Origin: Vicugna vicugna
Taxonomy: Eukaryota
Assembly (NCBI GenBank): GCA_013265495.1
Contig: MU058065.1
Location: 5,764,302 to 5,826,301 of the forward strand
Direction: 5' to 3'
DNA: 62,000 bases
A model generated the notes under the pieces. That model worked only from the letters and a program-made list of their open reading frames with translations. It had not been told where the DNA came from and searched no databases. The translations under genes were made by a program, and so were the position numbers. Position 1 is the first letter of the stretch, and each line of letters starts with the position of its first letter. Shown here in pieces: positions 46,297-58,829 of the stretch.

Positions 46297-49200
46297 TCAG
46301 AGGATGATCTGGTTGGTGAAGCTGCGGCTCAGCTCCTTGTGTGGCAGAACAATCGAGTTCAGGATGAGCACCTCGGCAGGGATCCGGACGCGGCAGCCTG
46401 CAGTGTGGTTGAGGGCACGAGGGGGAGCCGTGGGGAGGGGAGGCCAGGAGTAAAGAGCTGAGGGCCATCCCAGAGGGACCCTTCCCTGCCCACCTGTGTC
46501 CTGGCCTCATGCCCTCTGTGACTCACACAGGACCTGGCACACAGCAGACATTTGGTAAATGTTTGCTAAAGGAATACATACACGCACACGCACACGCTGA
46601 TGAACAAATGCTCCCGCAGGGCATGGCCATCACCTGTGTAGGTTTCTCACAGCCTCGGGCCCTGGGACGCCGTACCTAGGATGGTGATGGCAGGCAGCAG
46701 CTTCCCATCTTTGAAGAGGCTCTCACTGTCCATGTGGGCTCGGGGGTCATTGGGATTGGGATCGTTGGGGGTACCCTCCACGCGGGCCCAGCGCCCCACA
46801 GTGCTCCCCCAGCCCACAATGCTGTGTAGCACACACGTGTGTTCCTGCCAAACAGGATGACATGAGGGGAGAGGGTGATGAGGGCCAGATGCAGAGCCCA
46901 CAGGGTTCACCCCCACCCTCAGCCTCCTGGGGCCCTATGCCCTGCTATATGTGCCAGGTGCCTACCTGCAGTGTGGCTCCATGGAGGACAATGCTCTCTC
47001 GGAGCCTCACACCCTCACCCACAGTCACCCCTTCCCCGATGGAGACGTTTGGGCCCAGCTGTGGAAAAGAGCACACATAATAAGCCTTGGCAGGCCTTGG
47101 AGGGCCCCAAATCCAGTCCCAAGGGGGAAGGGACTGCTTGAGGCTGTGACAAAGTGGGGACGGAGGCCAGCCCTCTGGGCTCAGGAGGCATCTGTACCAC
47201 CCCACCCAACCTGACAGCCACCTTCCTTTCCCAGGGCTGGCCCACTACTTACCACAGCCGATGGGGCCACCTTAGCTGTTGGGTGGATGTAAACGTTTCC
47301 TAGAAGCAGAAGAGAGGACCTGGGGCAAATACCCTAAACCGTATCTGGTTCAGGGAGGGCAGGGATTGAGACTTCACCTCTGGATCTGAGGTCAGGAGTC
47401 ACGGCTCAGAGGGTAGATAGGGGGCTGGAGTGGTGGGCAAAGGTTAGGACTTGGGGTGGGTACCTCGAATTCGTGGACCCCCTGGAGTGTGCTTGGCCAG
47501 GCGTTCTGGGTGAGTGATCTGATACTGGCTCAGATAGAGGCGGGAGGCATAAAGGGCTGAGCTGGGGGCCACAGAGTGAAGCAGGGGCTCAGGAGGCTGT
47601 GACCACCACCTCAAAGTCTCAACCCCCAGGCAACCGAACCACCACATCAGGGGCCCCTCCAATACCCTGCAGATTTGATCTGGCTCCAGATACCATCAGT
47701 GAGGTGCACGTAGATCTGGCCCTGCCCAGCCAGGGCTGAGAACACATCCTGCTCCAGGCGGATGGTACCTGCCCCGGGCCACAAGCCTGAACAGTCCTCC
47801 CTGGCAGAGAGGAAGGGATGCTGACATCAATTCCCCAGCTGAGCCCGACTGGGGGCCAACTCAGTCTCTTGGGTATAGGACTCAGAGGGAATCCACCACC
47901 TTTCCAGGTCTGGTCCGATCCACTCCAAAGGAATGCTCACATCCCAGGAAACTCCCATACCACCCTCATACTCCTCAGCCCTCTCCTCCCCAAGTTAGCA
48001 CAGACCTGCAGCCCAACCCGCCCCACATCCAGGAGTTTGACCAGAGCTGGCTTCCCACCATTGCCATTCTCCTCCCCATCCACTCCTCTGAACCCTGCCT
48101 CCAGGCACCCTCCCTCTCACTGGATGGAATGAAACACAGACAGACTCACCCCAGAGGAAGGCAGCTGGTGAGGTCACAGACAGTCACAGAAAGAAAGGGA
48201 GAAAGAGATGGTAGAGATGCCAGCTCAGCAGAAACAGACAGAGAGGCCAGGAGAGATGGAGAGAGAAGCAGAGAGATGGGTGGGAGTGAGATGAGTGAAT
48301 GAAGCATGAGATGGGGAGATGGGCGGGGGAGGAGGGAGCAAAGGCAGGGATCCACAGAAGGGACATGGCCCAGGCCTAGGAGGATGACCTCTGGACTGTG
48401 GCTTGTGGTGAGCAGGGGCACTATGCTCCAAGGGGAGCCTCAGCCTGAGTGTATGTGTGTGTGTGTATGTGTATGTGTGTCTGCACCCAAGCCTGTGTGC
48501 ACCCAAGTGTGTGTGTTGCCGTCTGTTCTGAAAGACATCTCTGGGACACTCAGGGCTTGAGAGAAATGGACCAGAAGGGGAGTGGGCAGGCAGTGACAGA
48601 AGAGGAACTGGGATGGATAAGGAAGAGGGACAGAATGAGGTTAGGCAGGGAGGGGCTGGGAGGCTCGGATGGAGATGACAAGTGGAGAGAAGGGAGAAGG
48701 AAGGTGAGCGGGTGGAGCTGCAGCCTGCAGAGACTTGGCGGGAGGGGTTTGCAACTGGGGACCAGGGGTTACAAGGTCATGGGGTCTGCCTCACAGTTGC
48801 CCATCCTGCTGATTACGCTGGAAGACATCCCCGAGGGGCTTCAGGGCTTCTGGGGAAAAGAGGTAGATGCCGCAGTTGATGATGTCACTGACAAACGTGC
48901 TGGGTTTCTCTACATAGTGCAGGACCTGAGGACAGAGTGGGCTGGGTTCAGTGGAGGAGACGCCACTGCCACCGCCTCCTAAGAGCCTCTGATCTCCAGG
49001 TCCTCCCAGCTGCCAGAGTGGTCTTCCTAAAATGCAGGCTGCATGCTACTGGTCTTCACCTTCAAGATAAGTCCGAACGACATGCCTTTCCCCTCCCTAC
49101 CTCCTCGTGCTCCCAGAACCCAGCTCCATGCTATTGCACGCCTATGCCTGGAATGCCTGTTCCCATCTCTTCATCTGGAAACCTCAGCCTTCAAAACCAA

Positions 49201-52116
49201 GCTGGCATTGTCACTTCCTGCGTGAGTCCACTCTGATCTGCCCTAGAGTTGGCTTCTCAAGTCTGGGCACCCCTGGCCTCTGACCATACCCCACTGTTAG
49301 CACTGGTGTCATTTGCAATGGTTGTTTTTTGATTGTCTCTCCCAGTAGTCCAAGGGTTCCTGAGAAGCAAGGATTGTCCTTTGGCTCTGTTTCTTCTACA
49401 CCTAGCCAGTGCCTAGCACAAAACTTAAAAATAAAATCCATATGCCTGTGTGTTCTTACATGTTTTTTAATACTAAAGCTTGAACAAATATAAGGGGGGC
49501 ATGAAAGTCAGCCAGGCTCAGGAGCAGGGAGTGTCACAAACAGGGACAGAGACCCTCTGCCTTGCTGATTATGTACTGACCGCCATAATTCTGGAGAGGC
49601 TATGCCGTTTCCTGCCTCCAGGCCTCTGCACATGCCGTTCCCTCTACCTGCAATGCCTTTCTGTCTTCTTCTTCATCTACATAAATTTAATTCTGCTCAG
49701 ACCTCACTTTCTCCAGGGAGCCCTCCCCACCCCTACCCAGGCAAAGCTTGGTTAGGCCTCCTTTTATGTTCCCAAAGCACCCTGATCATACATCTACTGA
49801 AGCACCACACCCATGGAAATTAACTGTTACCCCTTCATTCTCATCAATCTCTCCAGAAGGGATACAAGGAACAACCGAGGGTATACCCCACCTATCTGAC
49901 AAGACTGGGGCCCACGCCACAGCATTCCAGCTTCCTCTCCAGGAGGAAGAGCTGGGGAATGGTGATGAACAGAGCAAGTGCTGGGCCAGCCCTGTCTCTG
50001 CTCTCACCTCATGCGTCTGTGGATTCTCTACAATGCAGCCATAGTTGAGGGATTGTGTCCTGTTAGCCTGAAAGACAGACATACCAAGACAGTGACCCGC
50101 CAGCTCCAGGGCAGCAAGGTCGGTTTTCTCTCTCTTTATTTCCCTCCCCTATAGCACCTGGCACCCAGCTCCACCAAGGACAGGTCTTCAGCAAGGGCGA
50201 GAACTGACAACTGCCCCCACCCCTCCCTTGCTCCTGACTGCTAAGCAACCACAGGGCTCAGGGTCTCCACTGCCACCGCCATCACCACTGGGGTTTCTGG
50301 AATATCTCCCTCCTGATGCCTGACCCCACTCCAACCTCCTGGGCTGCCCCTGCCTCCCCAATACCCTGCATTCCAGAAACCTCTCTGGATCCCCCACTCT
50401 GCACCCTCACCGTGGTGCCAAGGAGCAAGAAAGGGTGAGGCTGGTGTCTGTGGGCATCCAGCATAGCGCTCAAGGGGAAGTTGGAGCAGACGTCAGCGTT
50501 GAGCACGAAGAAGGCCTCGGGGCCTCCAGCCAGAATCTGGTCCCGGAAATGGTAGAGACCACCACCTGTGCCCAGAGGGGCAAATTCCTGCAAGTATCTG
50601 TCCCCAGGGACCCCAGGGCCAGCTCAGTGAGATCAGAGAAGACAGATTCCACGAGCCTGGGCACCCTACTCTTTCTACTTCCAGGTGTACACCTGCCCAA
50701 GGCCCACAGAGAAAACCAATAAACTCGGGGATTCAGAGATGCCCAAATAAGAATCCTCATAGCGTGCGAGTCCAGCAAATGCTGACTCAACCCACTCTTG
50801 AGAACTCAGAGGCTTAGGGCACTTCCCCCCAACCCCCATATAGTACATGTGCACAAACACCTGATGGGAAGGTGAAAGTCCTGCTGGGCAGCTTCCAGGA
50901 ACCGGGTAAGAGGCTCATCAGGTTGGTAGAAGCCAATGAGCAGAATCTCCTGCATCCCAGGGACCTGAGGGCAAGAGAAGAGATTGGGAGAAAAAAAATT
51001 TGATTGGAAGGAATGACAGGAGGGAGAGATCCCTGCTACCAGCCCAAAAGTCCAGAGACCACAGTTACAGTCTCAGCTGTGGGGCCCTTGGGCACTCACT
51101 TGACCACTTTGGCCTGTTTTCTCCTCTGGACAATGAGGAAACTGGAAAGTCTCAGTCCCTGATCTTTTAATCTTTTATCATACTATTATTCCCCTGCCCC
51201 CTCACAACTGAATTGGTTCTCACCCTAGGAAAGATTCTGTGTACCAAGCTGCATTAAAGGATAATCCCATTCATTCCCCCCACCATATTTACTGTCTGTC
51301 AATCTGAGCTTGAAGTGAGGACACCATATACCAAGTGCCTACATCCTACGAGACACTTTATAAACATCATTGCAAGCTTAGCCACCCCAAAAAGCAGGTC
51401 CAATCACCCCCGTTTTACAAATAAGGAAACTAAGATTCAGGGAGGGTGAGATATTTGCTCAAGTCCTTGCAGCAGGCAGAGACTGGATTCAAATAAAACT
51501 TTGCCTGTCCCAATACCAAAAGCAATAAAAGAAATTAGCTCCACAGTGAGCAAGGGTTTAAGTTCTGCACTTTGCTATTAAGGTTCCCCTGCTACAGCAT
51601 TAAATTGTCTCTAAGATTCTTGCCTGATCCCACATTCCACACTTTAAAAAAAGGAGGGAAATCTGAGCCTGAGGCCAGATGAGAGACTAGATTAAGGGAA
51701 GACAGCAGAGCGGCTGCACTACACAACTCTAGGGGGCGCCACTCACGGTGTCATTTGTAAATGGTGGTCTCTGAAGTTATGCCTCCTGGGAAGGTCATGG
51801 TTGGGAAAGGGAAAACACAACATGAAGGAGATGAGCAGGAGGTGAGGTGGGAGAGGGGAGTCCATGGGGTTACCTGGGCACAAGCTTCAATGTGGTGCTG
51901 AATCATAGGGACCCCTGCCACAGGGAATAGGGGTTTGGGCACCTCAAAAGACAAAGGCCTGAAGCGAGTCCCTGGGAGAGGAGAGAGAAGCACATTTCAG
52001 CTTCCTGCCTCCCACTGCCCCCACCCTACCAACCACCATAGCCCAACCTCCTCCCCCCATTCTCCTGGCTCCTCACCCTTTTGAGGGCCTCCAATCAGGA
52101 TCACAGCTTTGAGCAT
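46297..52116 (-). CDS. GMPPA: Mannose-1-phosphate guanylyltransferase regulatory subunit alpha, 420 aa
   Basis: Exons 52116-52077, 51971-51874, 50964-50861, 50597-50411, 50067-50008, 48925-48795, 47800-47666, 47561-47464, 47299-47253, 47058-46966, 46844-46676, 46397-46297 = 1263 nt. [33 protein letters not shown] nucleotidyltransferase signature, C-terminal hexapeptide beta-helix ([19 protein letters not shown]), ends …[10 protein letters not shown]. Confidence 0.97.
49000..49830 (+). mobile_element. L2 LINE fragments in a GMPPA intron
   Basis: cagctgccagagtggtcttcctaaaatgca…gcctggaatgcc…; ggcctctgcacatgccgttccctctacctgcaatgcc. Confidence 0.55.
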
Positions 52117-52849
52117 GATGGCGATACTACCTAAACCTCAAATCCCAACAGAGAAATCAGGCTCAGATCTCACACCCCAACCAAACCCCAAACCGCGAAT
52201 AGCAACCTTTAGTCCTCTCTGAAGATGTAAATGCGAAGTCAATATAGATCCACCCTGGACACAACACCTCACAAATCCCAAACATCTCAAATCCCAGCTC
52301 AGATTCCAGACGGCCTTCAAATCCCACAGTGACTCCACCCCAGTTCTGAAATTCATATCCCACAATCTGACCCCTAACCGACTTCCCTCTGGCCACAAAT
52401 TCAGCAAATTCAGAAACTCAGCAATAGACGCCTACCTCAGACCCGAAACCTCAAAAAACCAAAACCCTAAAGCCACGTATTCCCAATTGTTGTATCCTTA
52501 CTCTCAATGTTAAGCCCTTAAACCTAACAGTGAACCCTGAATACTGAACCTCAAATTCTGAGTGAGCCCCAAATACTTAACTACAATCCCAAGAATGGAT
52601 CCCAAGTACGGAACTAACACTGATCCGCTTCTAATGCATCCCAAATCTTAGCAAAAACCCTAATAGGCTGAAACTGAGTCCTAAAACTAACCTCTGGCTG
52701 ATGAACCCTGAATCAAAAGATAGACTCCTTTGGCATCCCAAATACGGAACCTACCAACCCCCTGAGTATGGATACTGACAAGGCACTGAATCTCTGGATT
52801 CGGAGGATTGATTGTTGATCCTCTGAACCCCACAACTGACTGTCTAATA

Positions 52850-53200
52850 AACCCTAGCCTCACGTAGCCAGGGGTTGTGGGACCAACACAAGAGCGGAAG
52901 TGCGAAAAACCAGCCGGGACCTCCAAGTCACACCTCTGTCTACCGGCCGTCCCCTGCCCTCTACCCCTTCCGCCACCCCTCCATCAGCTCCCTTTACCAC
53001 TAGTTCTCTTTTGCCAGATCTGTCGCCCGCTGCTGCTTGCTACTTCCGCGCACGTGTCTTCTCGCAAATCGCGAGACCTCCTTCGCGGAGTCTGCCGGGA
53101 ACTGTAGTTCTTAATACCTCCCAGCTTTCTAACCAAGAGCGAGGAGGTGGGACTTACGGGAGAGCACGGGGGCGTGGCCAAGGGGTCGAGGGGGCGACTC
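52850..53200 (-). promoter_or_regulatory. GMPPA: GMPPA CpG-island housekeeping promoter and non-coding exon 1 (donor at 52934/52933)
   Basis: ZNF143/THAP11-type ACTACAGTTCCC (minus strand, ~53097-53108), E-box CACGTG 53051-53056, ETS ACTTCCG 53042-53048, TCGCGAGA (BANP/ZBTB33-like) 53069-53076; donor GAG|GTGTGA. Confidence 0.75.
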
Positions 53201-53739
53201 TAAGTGAGAAGGGTAGGGTCTGAGAAGCAGAGGTTGGAATTTAAGATTAGGACCTTGAGCTGTATGGGAAAGGGCTCAGGGGTAGCAGCCAAAGTAGAGA
53301 ACCAGGTCACAGGGAAGAGCGAAGCTTGAGACCTGAGGAGGTGTGGCCAGCCTTGAGGTGGGCGGGGCCAGAGTGCAAAGCCCCAGGAGAGGGTGGGGCT
53401 TAAAGTATACAAAAGAAGAGGAGTCAAAGGCTCTGCTATCCCGTTTGAGAAGTGAAGAAACTTCTGATCGTGAGAGAAATCCTATCTCAGATTTAACTAT
53501 CTGTAAAATGAAGCATTGGATTAGGCATTCTCCAAACATTCTGACCCCAACAGTCTGTGACCTTGGCGTGTTGATCTGGAATAAGTGTGGGTGCGAGAGC
53601 ATGGGGAAATGGCGTCTCAAAAGAATAGATGAGACGCGGAGTGTCAGAGAGAGCAGCTTTATTAAGCAAGATGAAGCAGGGTTGTCGGTCCCAACAACCC
53701 CAGAGCTTGAAGCCAGGGCGAAGTGTATGAGGGCCACTT

Positions 53740-55546
53740 TCTGGCCACATCCACGAGACCGAAGCTCGGTTCCATGCTCAGGCTGTTCTCCACATACACT
53801 TCGTACTTGCCGCTGTCTTCGGGCGTGGCCCGGCGGCTGGTCAGCGTCGTGGTGGTGCTGCTGATTACCGAAGAAAACTCTAGCGGGGAAGAGGGGGATG
53901 GCAGGACCTCGAATCAGTTTACGCGCGACCTGGGCAGGACTAATTAGCCAGCTCTGTTCTTCGCCTCCCATTTTCCCGCCCCCGTCCCACTCCTGCGTTT
54001 CTGGGCCCTGTGCCGCCCAAGCTCTGGCTCCAGGCGCTATCCTTGCAGCAGGTCCCCACCCTCCCCTGGCGTCCTCCTCGATGTCTTCGCCGTCCTTGGT
54101 CCAGCCCACGTCCGGCGCAGGCTCGCCCAAGATCTCTGCAGTCAGCGTAACCGTGGTGACTTTGCATGCCTTTGTGTCATTCGGTCCCTTCTGAATCTTC
54201 GCCGGGACTAGAGGAATGGAAAGGGAATGCGACCCATTGAGGCACCTAGAGATAAGATGAGCAGGAGCATCACTCCCCGGCTAATAGCCGGCTCTAAATA
54301 CAAAATGGATTTAGGCTGGCTGTGTGACGTTGGACAAGTCTTTAGCCTCTTTGGGGCTTCAGCTCCTCAACTGTCAAACAGGACTAATCCTGCCCCTCAA
54401 GTTGAATGGAGGAGCAAAAGAGATACTACAGGGTGAAAGCCCAAGAATATTCACACATCTCGCGGTGATTTGGAAATCGCCCTGGGCAGGGAGCCAGAAG
54501 ACTAAAACTCTAAACCTGGCTCTGCCTCTGACTCGCTGTGACCCTGGGGCCCTGGGGTCTAGTGACTGAAGCCCATAGCGGACTTCTTAACCTGGATGGA
54601 ACAGGATCCTAGGGTAGGAAAGGGCCACGGGCGGCCTACGCTGCACCCTGGTCTGTGTCTCGAGCTGTGCTGGGTCTGGGCCACATCCGCGTCCGAACTG
54701 GGTGAGGCCCGACGGTAAACGCGGCTGGACCCGGCTACGCGCCTGCTGGGTGGTGCTGTTCTGCGCGGTGGCACTGCACTCCGGGCGCGCGTACCTTCCA
54801 CGAGGATGCGCGCCAAGTCGGAGCACTGGCCAAAGTGGTTGGTTACGTTAATGCTGTACTGCCCCAGGTCTGCCAGCACGCCATCGCTCACCACCAGTGC
54901 GACTACGTTCGGGTCTCTGAAGACATAGCGATACTTGGGCCCGTCGCGCAGCTCCTTGCCATCCTTGCTCCAGTGGATGAACGGGTCCGGGAAAGCCGAA
55001 GCGGTAAGTCAGCATGGCCGCGCTGCCCTCAATCAGCACCACATCCTTCAGCGGCTCCAGCAAACGCGGCGGCCTCTTCCCGCGCAGTGCCTTCCGGGAC
55101 CTAGCCAGAGCTCCCATGACTCAGTTCTGACCCCTCGCAGTTCTATACATCCATACATGGTCCCCTGCCGATCCCCTCGGCCACTAGACCTTTAAACATG
55201 GGGGAGGGGCAGCCACTCCTAAATTGTTACCCTGATAAAAGTATCTACTCTGTGGGCCACCCTTTCACACCTCAGTAATTGCTCTTTCCTAAGTCCAGTG
55301 ACCCTAGCGGTACATGACACTATGCTCGGCCCTCCTCCATCCCCTAAATGCAAGGATGAGCGTTCTGCAGCTCCAGTTCCCTTTCTCCGGAAGCGGGTTC
55401 TTCAGGCCTCCCCCTCACCTGTGGCCGCGGTAAGAGGCCTGATGCTAGTGGCCACGCTCTGGACCTGGGGGATCGTTGATATCCACGGGACATCCCGGAG
55501 GCAGGGCTGCAGCCGCTGGTTTTTTGGCAGGAGCTGCTTTGGACAT
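53740..55546 (-). pseudogene. SPEGNB: SPEG neighbor (IQ motif plus two Ig domains), disabled ortholog
   Basis: Exons 55546-55419, 55100-54795, 54207-54066, 53879-53740 translate piecewise as MSKAAPAKKP…, …ASYRGHR, SRK…EPLKDVVLIEGSAA…, SAFPDPFIHWSKDGKELRDGPKYRYVF…, …LGEPAPDVGWTKDGEDIEED…, …DSGKYEVYVENSL…VDVA. They carry four indels, a premature TAG (55447-55445), a GT>GG donor (54064) and no stop at the expected position. Location between GMPPA and SPEG fits. Confidence 0.85.
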
Positions 55547-55656
55547 CTGGGGAGCAGAAAACAAAGAAGGGGGTCTAGGCTAACACAGGACTCTGACCTT
55601 CAGCCTTTTCCCTGCAGGTTCAGAACATCCCCTGAAATGGGTGTGTCTAGACTCAC

Positions 55657-55850
55657 CGTGAAGGGACTTGGGTCGACTAACTGGGTAGCAGGTGGCACGG
55701 AGCCCTTCCAGATGGCACAGCAGGATCATGGACAGGTATTTAGCTCCAGGCCCAGGTTTTATACATCACTCCCCTCCTTGCCTTGTTTGATGTGGTTGCC
55801 CCAAGCCCCTGGGGGCCCCTGCCCCCAACCCAAGCAGTCTCTTTATTTAG
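55657..55850 (-). promoter_or_regulatory. SPEGNB: SPEGNB non-coding exon 1 and TATA-containing promoter
   Basis: Donor ACG|GTGAGT at 55657/55656; TATAAAA on minus strand at 55763-55757; A/T-rich CTAAATA elements at ~55737-55744 and 55841-55850; downstream AATAAA at 53663-53658. Confidence 0.5.
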
Positions 55851-57984
55851 ACTGAGGATGCCTGAGATGCTGGCTCAGCCACTGAGGCAAATCCCAGGGT
55901 GGGGGTAATCCAAGAAGCTCTGGGGTGTACCACGTGTCAGTGCCAGGACAGCTGGGCAGCTGAAAGTGGCCCCATCCCTTCCTAGAGCAAGCAGTATCCA
56001 TCCTGCTGCCAGGAGGATCAGACAAGGCCTCAAGTCGACAAGAGATTCCTGCTGGGACAGTTTACACTGAGGTCAGTCCCTGGACACTGGGACAACATGC
56101 CCTTCCTGAGACACAGTTGGTTAAGGCGTGTGAGTGTTTGTGGAGGTGTCCTTGAATGAAGCCAGTGTAGCAATGGGCTTCACTGTCCATCCAGACTAAT
56201 TATGAGAAGGCCATGTGGCAATCTGAAAGTGCCTTTATTCTCCCCCACCTCAGGAGTCAAAGGTTGTCATTTCCAGACTGTGCCTCCTGATGGTAAACTG
56301 AGAAAAACCTAGAGAGGACCTTAAAGATTTTTGAGAACAGCATCCCCTGCTGCCACCCCATTCCCACTCACTCCCCTTCATGTGACATGGTAGGGTCTGG
56401 CTGGGCCACACTGTCCCTGGAGATTGGCACTAACACTGACTCCAATACTCTAGATCTGCCCAAGCTCCCTCTCCAGGCATAAACTGGTGCATAGGGGCAT
56501 CAGACCACCTGGGGTAAAGGGGTTAAGTTAACCCTTCTGGGACTCACCTGGAGTCCAGTCTGCCCAAGCTAGGGCACCAGGTAATACTTGCTTCCATTCA
56601 CTGTAACTGCCCGCCAAGGTGCAGAGCGCTGTCACCTTTTGATCAGAGCAATTTTGACATGGCTCTGCTGACATAAATTACCTTTGCTCCTCCGGGTTTG
56701 GAACAAGCAGTTCACATGCCATTTCCAATGGAGATGAGAAGGAGGTTCAAGATCAGAGGTGGGACAGGAGAGGAATTTTACCATTTATCAAGATATGAGT
56801 TCAGGCACCTCATTTTTATATGAAAACATTTGCAGTGTGTAGGGGATTAGAGATTCTCACAGGCAAACTGTATATCTTCATCGCTAAAATGGCAGGTGGG
56901 AAAGATGTCTCTCTGGTCCCTTCCAACTGGCTTTAATATCCTGTTATTTTTTGATGATGGGGCTTGCCTCTTCTCTGGGGCCTTGAGAAGCCAGAGAGGC
57001 TGGGCTGGGCTGGGCTGGGCAAGAGGTTGTTTGGGCTACAACCAAGCAGCCCTCAACCTTGATCAGCAATACACCAGCACCAGCTCCCTCTGCTCATGGG
57101 GTAAAGCTTTATTCCTTTTACTTTGCCAGGAACAGTTTTCAAGGTGGAGACGGGCAGGGGGAACAGTCCTTCTGGACACAAGAACTGACTCCCTTTCCCC
57201 ACACCTCCAGGCAGGGCAGCTCAGTTTTAGGACCCAGTGACCATTCTGTGGCACTGCAGGAGGGCAGGTAGAGTCAAGGTCCCTTAGCACCCACTGCCCC
57301 CTCCCCGCTCCCGGCTTGCTATGGGAATTAGAAGGTCCAGACTGAGTGTCCCTGGGACCTAGGAAAACACTTGTCTACAGCTTCATCACAGCAGACACGC
57401 GGACCAGAGCACTCACAACTGCCCTGTGTTGCTGGTGCCCTGGGTGTCCTGATTGGTGCTCTAACACAGAACGTGGACACATGGGCCAATCCTGGTTTTC
57501 TTTACAGCTCTTCACACCACCTGCTCTTGCCTACTATCATGATGAAACTCCCTCTGCTCCAGGGCTTAGGACCAGAGCTGGCCTGCCTCCCAAGCAGAAT
57601 GAAGAAGGCTGAGCCAGGATTGGGGTGTGGGCTGGTCCATTCCAGACCCCAGCATCCTCCCAGTTGTGATGATGGAACATGTGAGAAGAGGTGGGGGCCA
57701 CCAGAGTCTGGTTAGAGGGTGATGGTGGGGATTCAGTGGTCCTGCCAGGATTCCAGAAACTTCAGAGGGAGAAACAGACCAGTGTCTCTCTTCCCTCTAG
57801 GAATGAAGGAGAGGTGAGGGACCAGGAGGATCGGGGACAGGGGAGGAAGGTCCCAAGGGGCTAGCTGGTATACCTTGGCTCTCACTGGCTCAGATAAGGC
57901 TGGAATGACCCTATCCCAACACTCCCTGTACCCCCAGCCACCCCTCCCCATAGACTACACACATAGGTCCTGCTGCTTGCCGTT

Positions 57985-57990
57985 TTTATT
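57985..57990 (-). terminator. SPEG: SPEG polyadenylation signal AATAAA
   Basis: tttatt on + strand about 840 nt past the SPEG stop. Confidence 0.75.
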
Positions 57991-58829
57991 TTCCTTGTGA
58001 CAGACAGACAGACAGCTGCACAGACAGCTGGATGGCTGGGGGGATGGTCAGGACAACATGGGCATTAGGGATTGGATGGTAGGGAGACTTCATAAAAGTC
58101 AATAAATAAATAAATATGAATGGGAAGAAGGGTGAAGGCCACAGAGGAGCGGTGGGGACATCTTTGGGCCAGTAGAGTGCCCAGACCTGCATCCACTGGG
58201 ATAGGAGGAGAGTGCCACGTGAGTGACCACTACCTCCAGCCTCTAGCCCTCCATCCTTCTCCTTCTGGGGATGCTGGCAGCTGGCCCACCCCACCCTGGC
58301 CTGTGTCCTCTCTCCTCTCCCTCCCCCACCTTGCTGCCCTCTCTCACACAATGGCTATGGCTCCTTGGCCTGTCTCCTTGCCCTGTCCCTGCTTCACTGA
58401 CACTCCCAGCCCATGGCCTGTTGACACCCTGGGCTCCTCCCTTCTCCTCTCCAGCAACTCACACCTTCCTGGGTTGGTTCTCCCCCAGATTCATTGTCTC
58501 CCTCCCCCAGAACCTTCCTCGAGTCTCCCCCTCCCTATCTCTCAGCTTCTCCTCATCACTCTCCCATTTCCCCTTCTTGCCCCTCTTCCTGCTCCTGACC
58601 CCACCCAGCCTGGCCAGTGGGTCTCTCGCTCTGGCTCTGGCCCGGTGGCATTGGCCACAGCCCAGAGTCTCTGTCCCCGCAGGTCCATGAGGTAATAGCC
58701 CGGCCGGATGTTGCTGCTGGTGGTGTCCGAAGCCCCGGGCCCACCCGGCTCAGCATGGGCCCTGGAATGTCCCGCAGCATCAGCGGGAACCCCGAGTCAA
58801 AGCCCGAGGCCCGGCTGTGGTCCGAGCCG

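Noticed and set aside
50476..50490. [12 protein letters not shown] (Asp recalled in human at the Asn position)
   Set aside because: A single conservative difference against a remembered sequence; cannot be assessed without alignment.
53276..54130. 284-aa ORF as an independent gene
   Set aside because: Non-ATG start within a SPEGNB exon, reading through the mutated donor and a frameshift into unrelated sequence.
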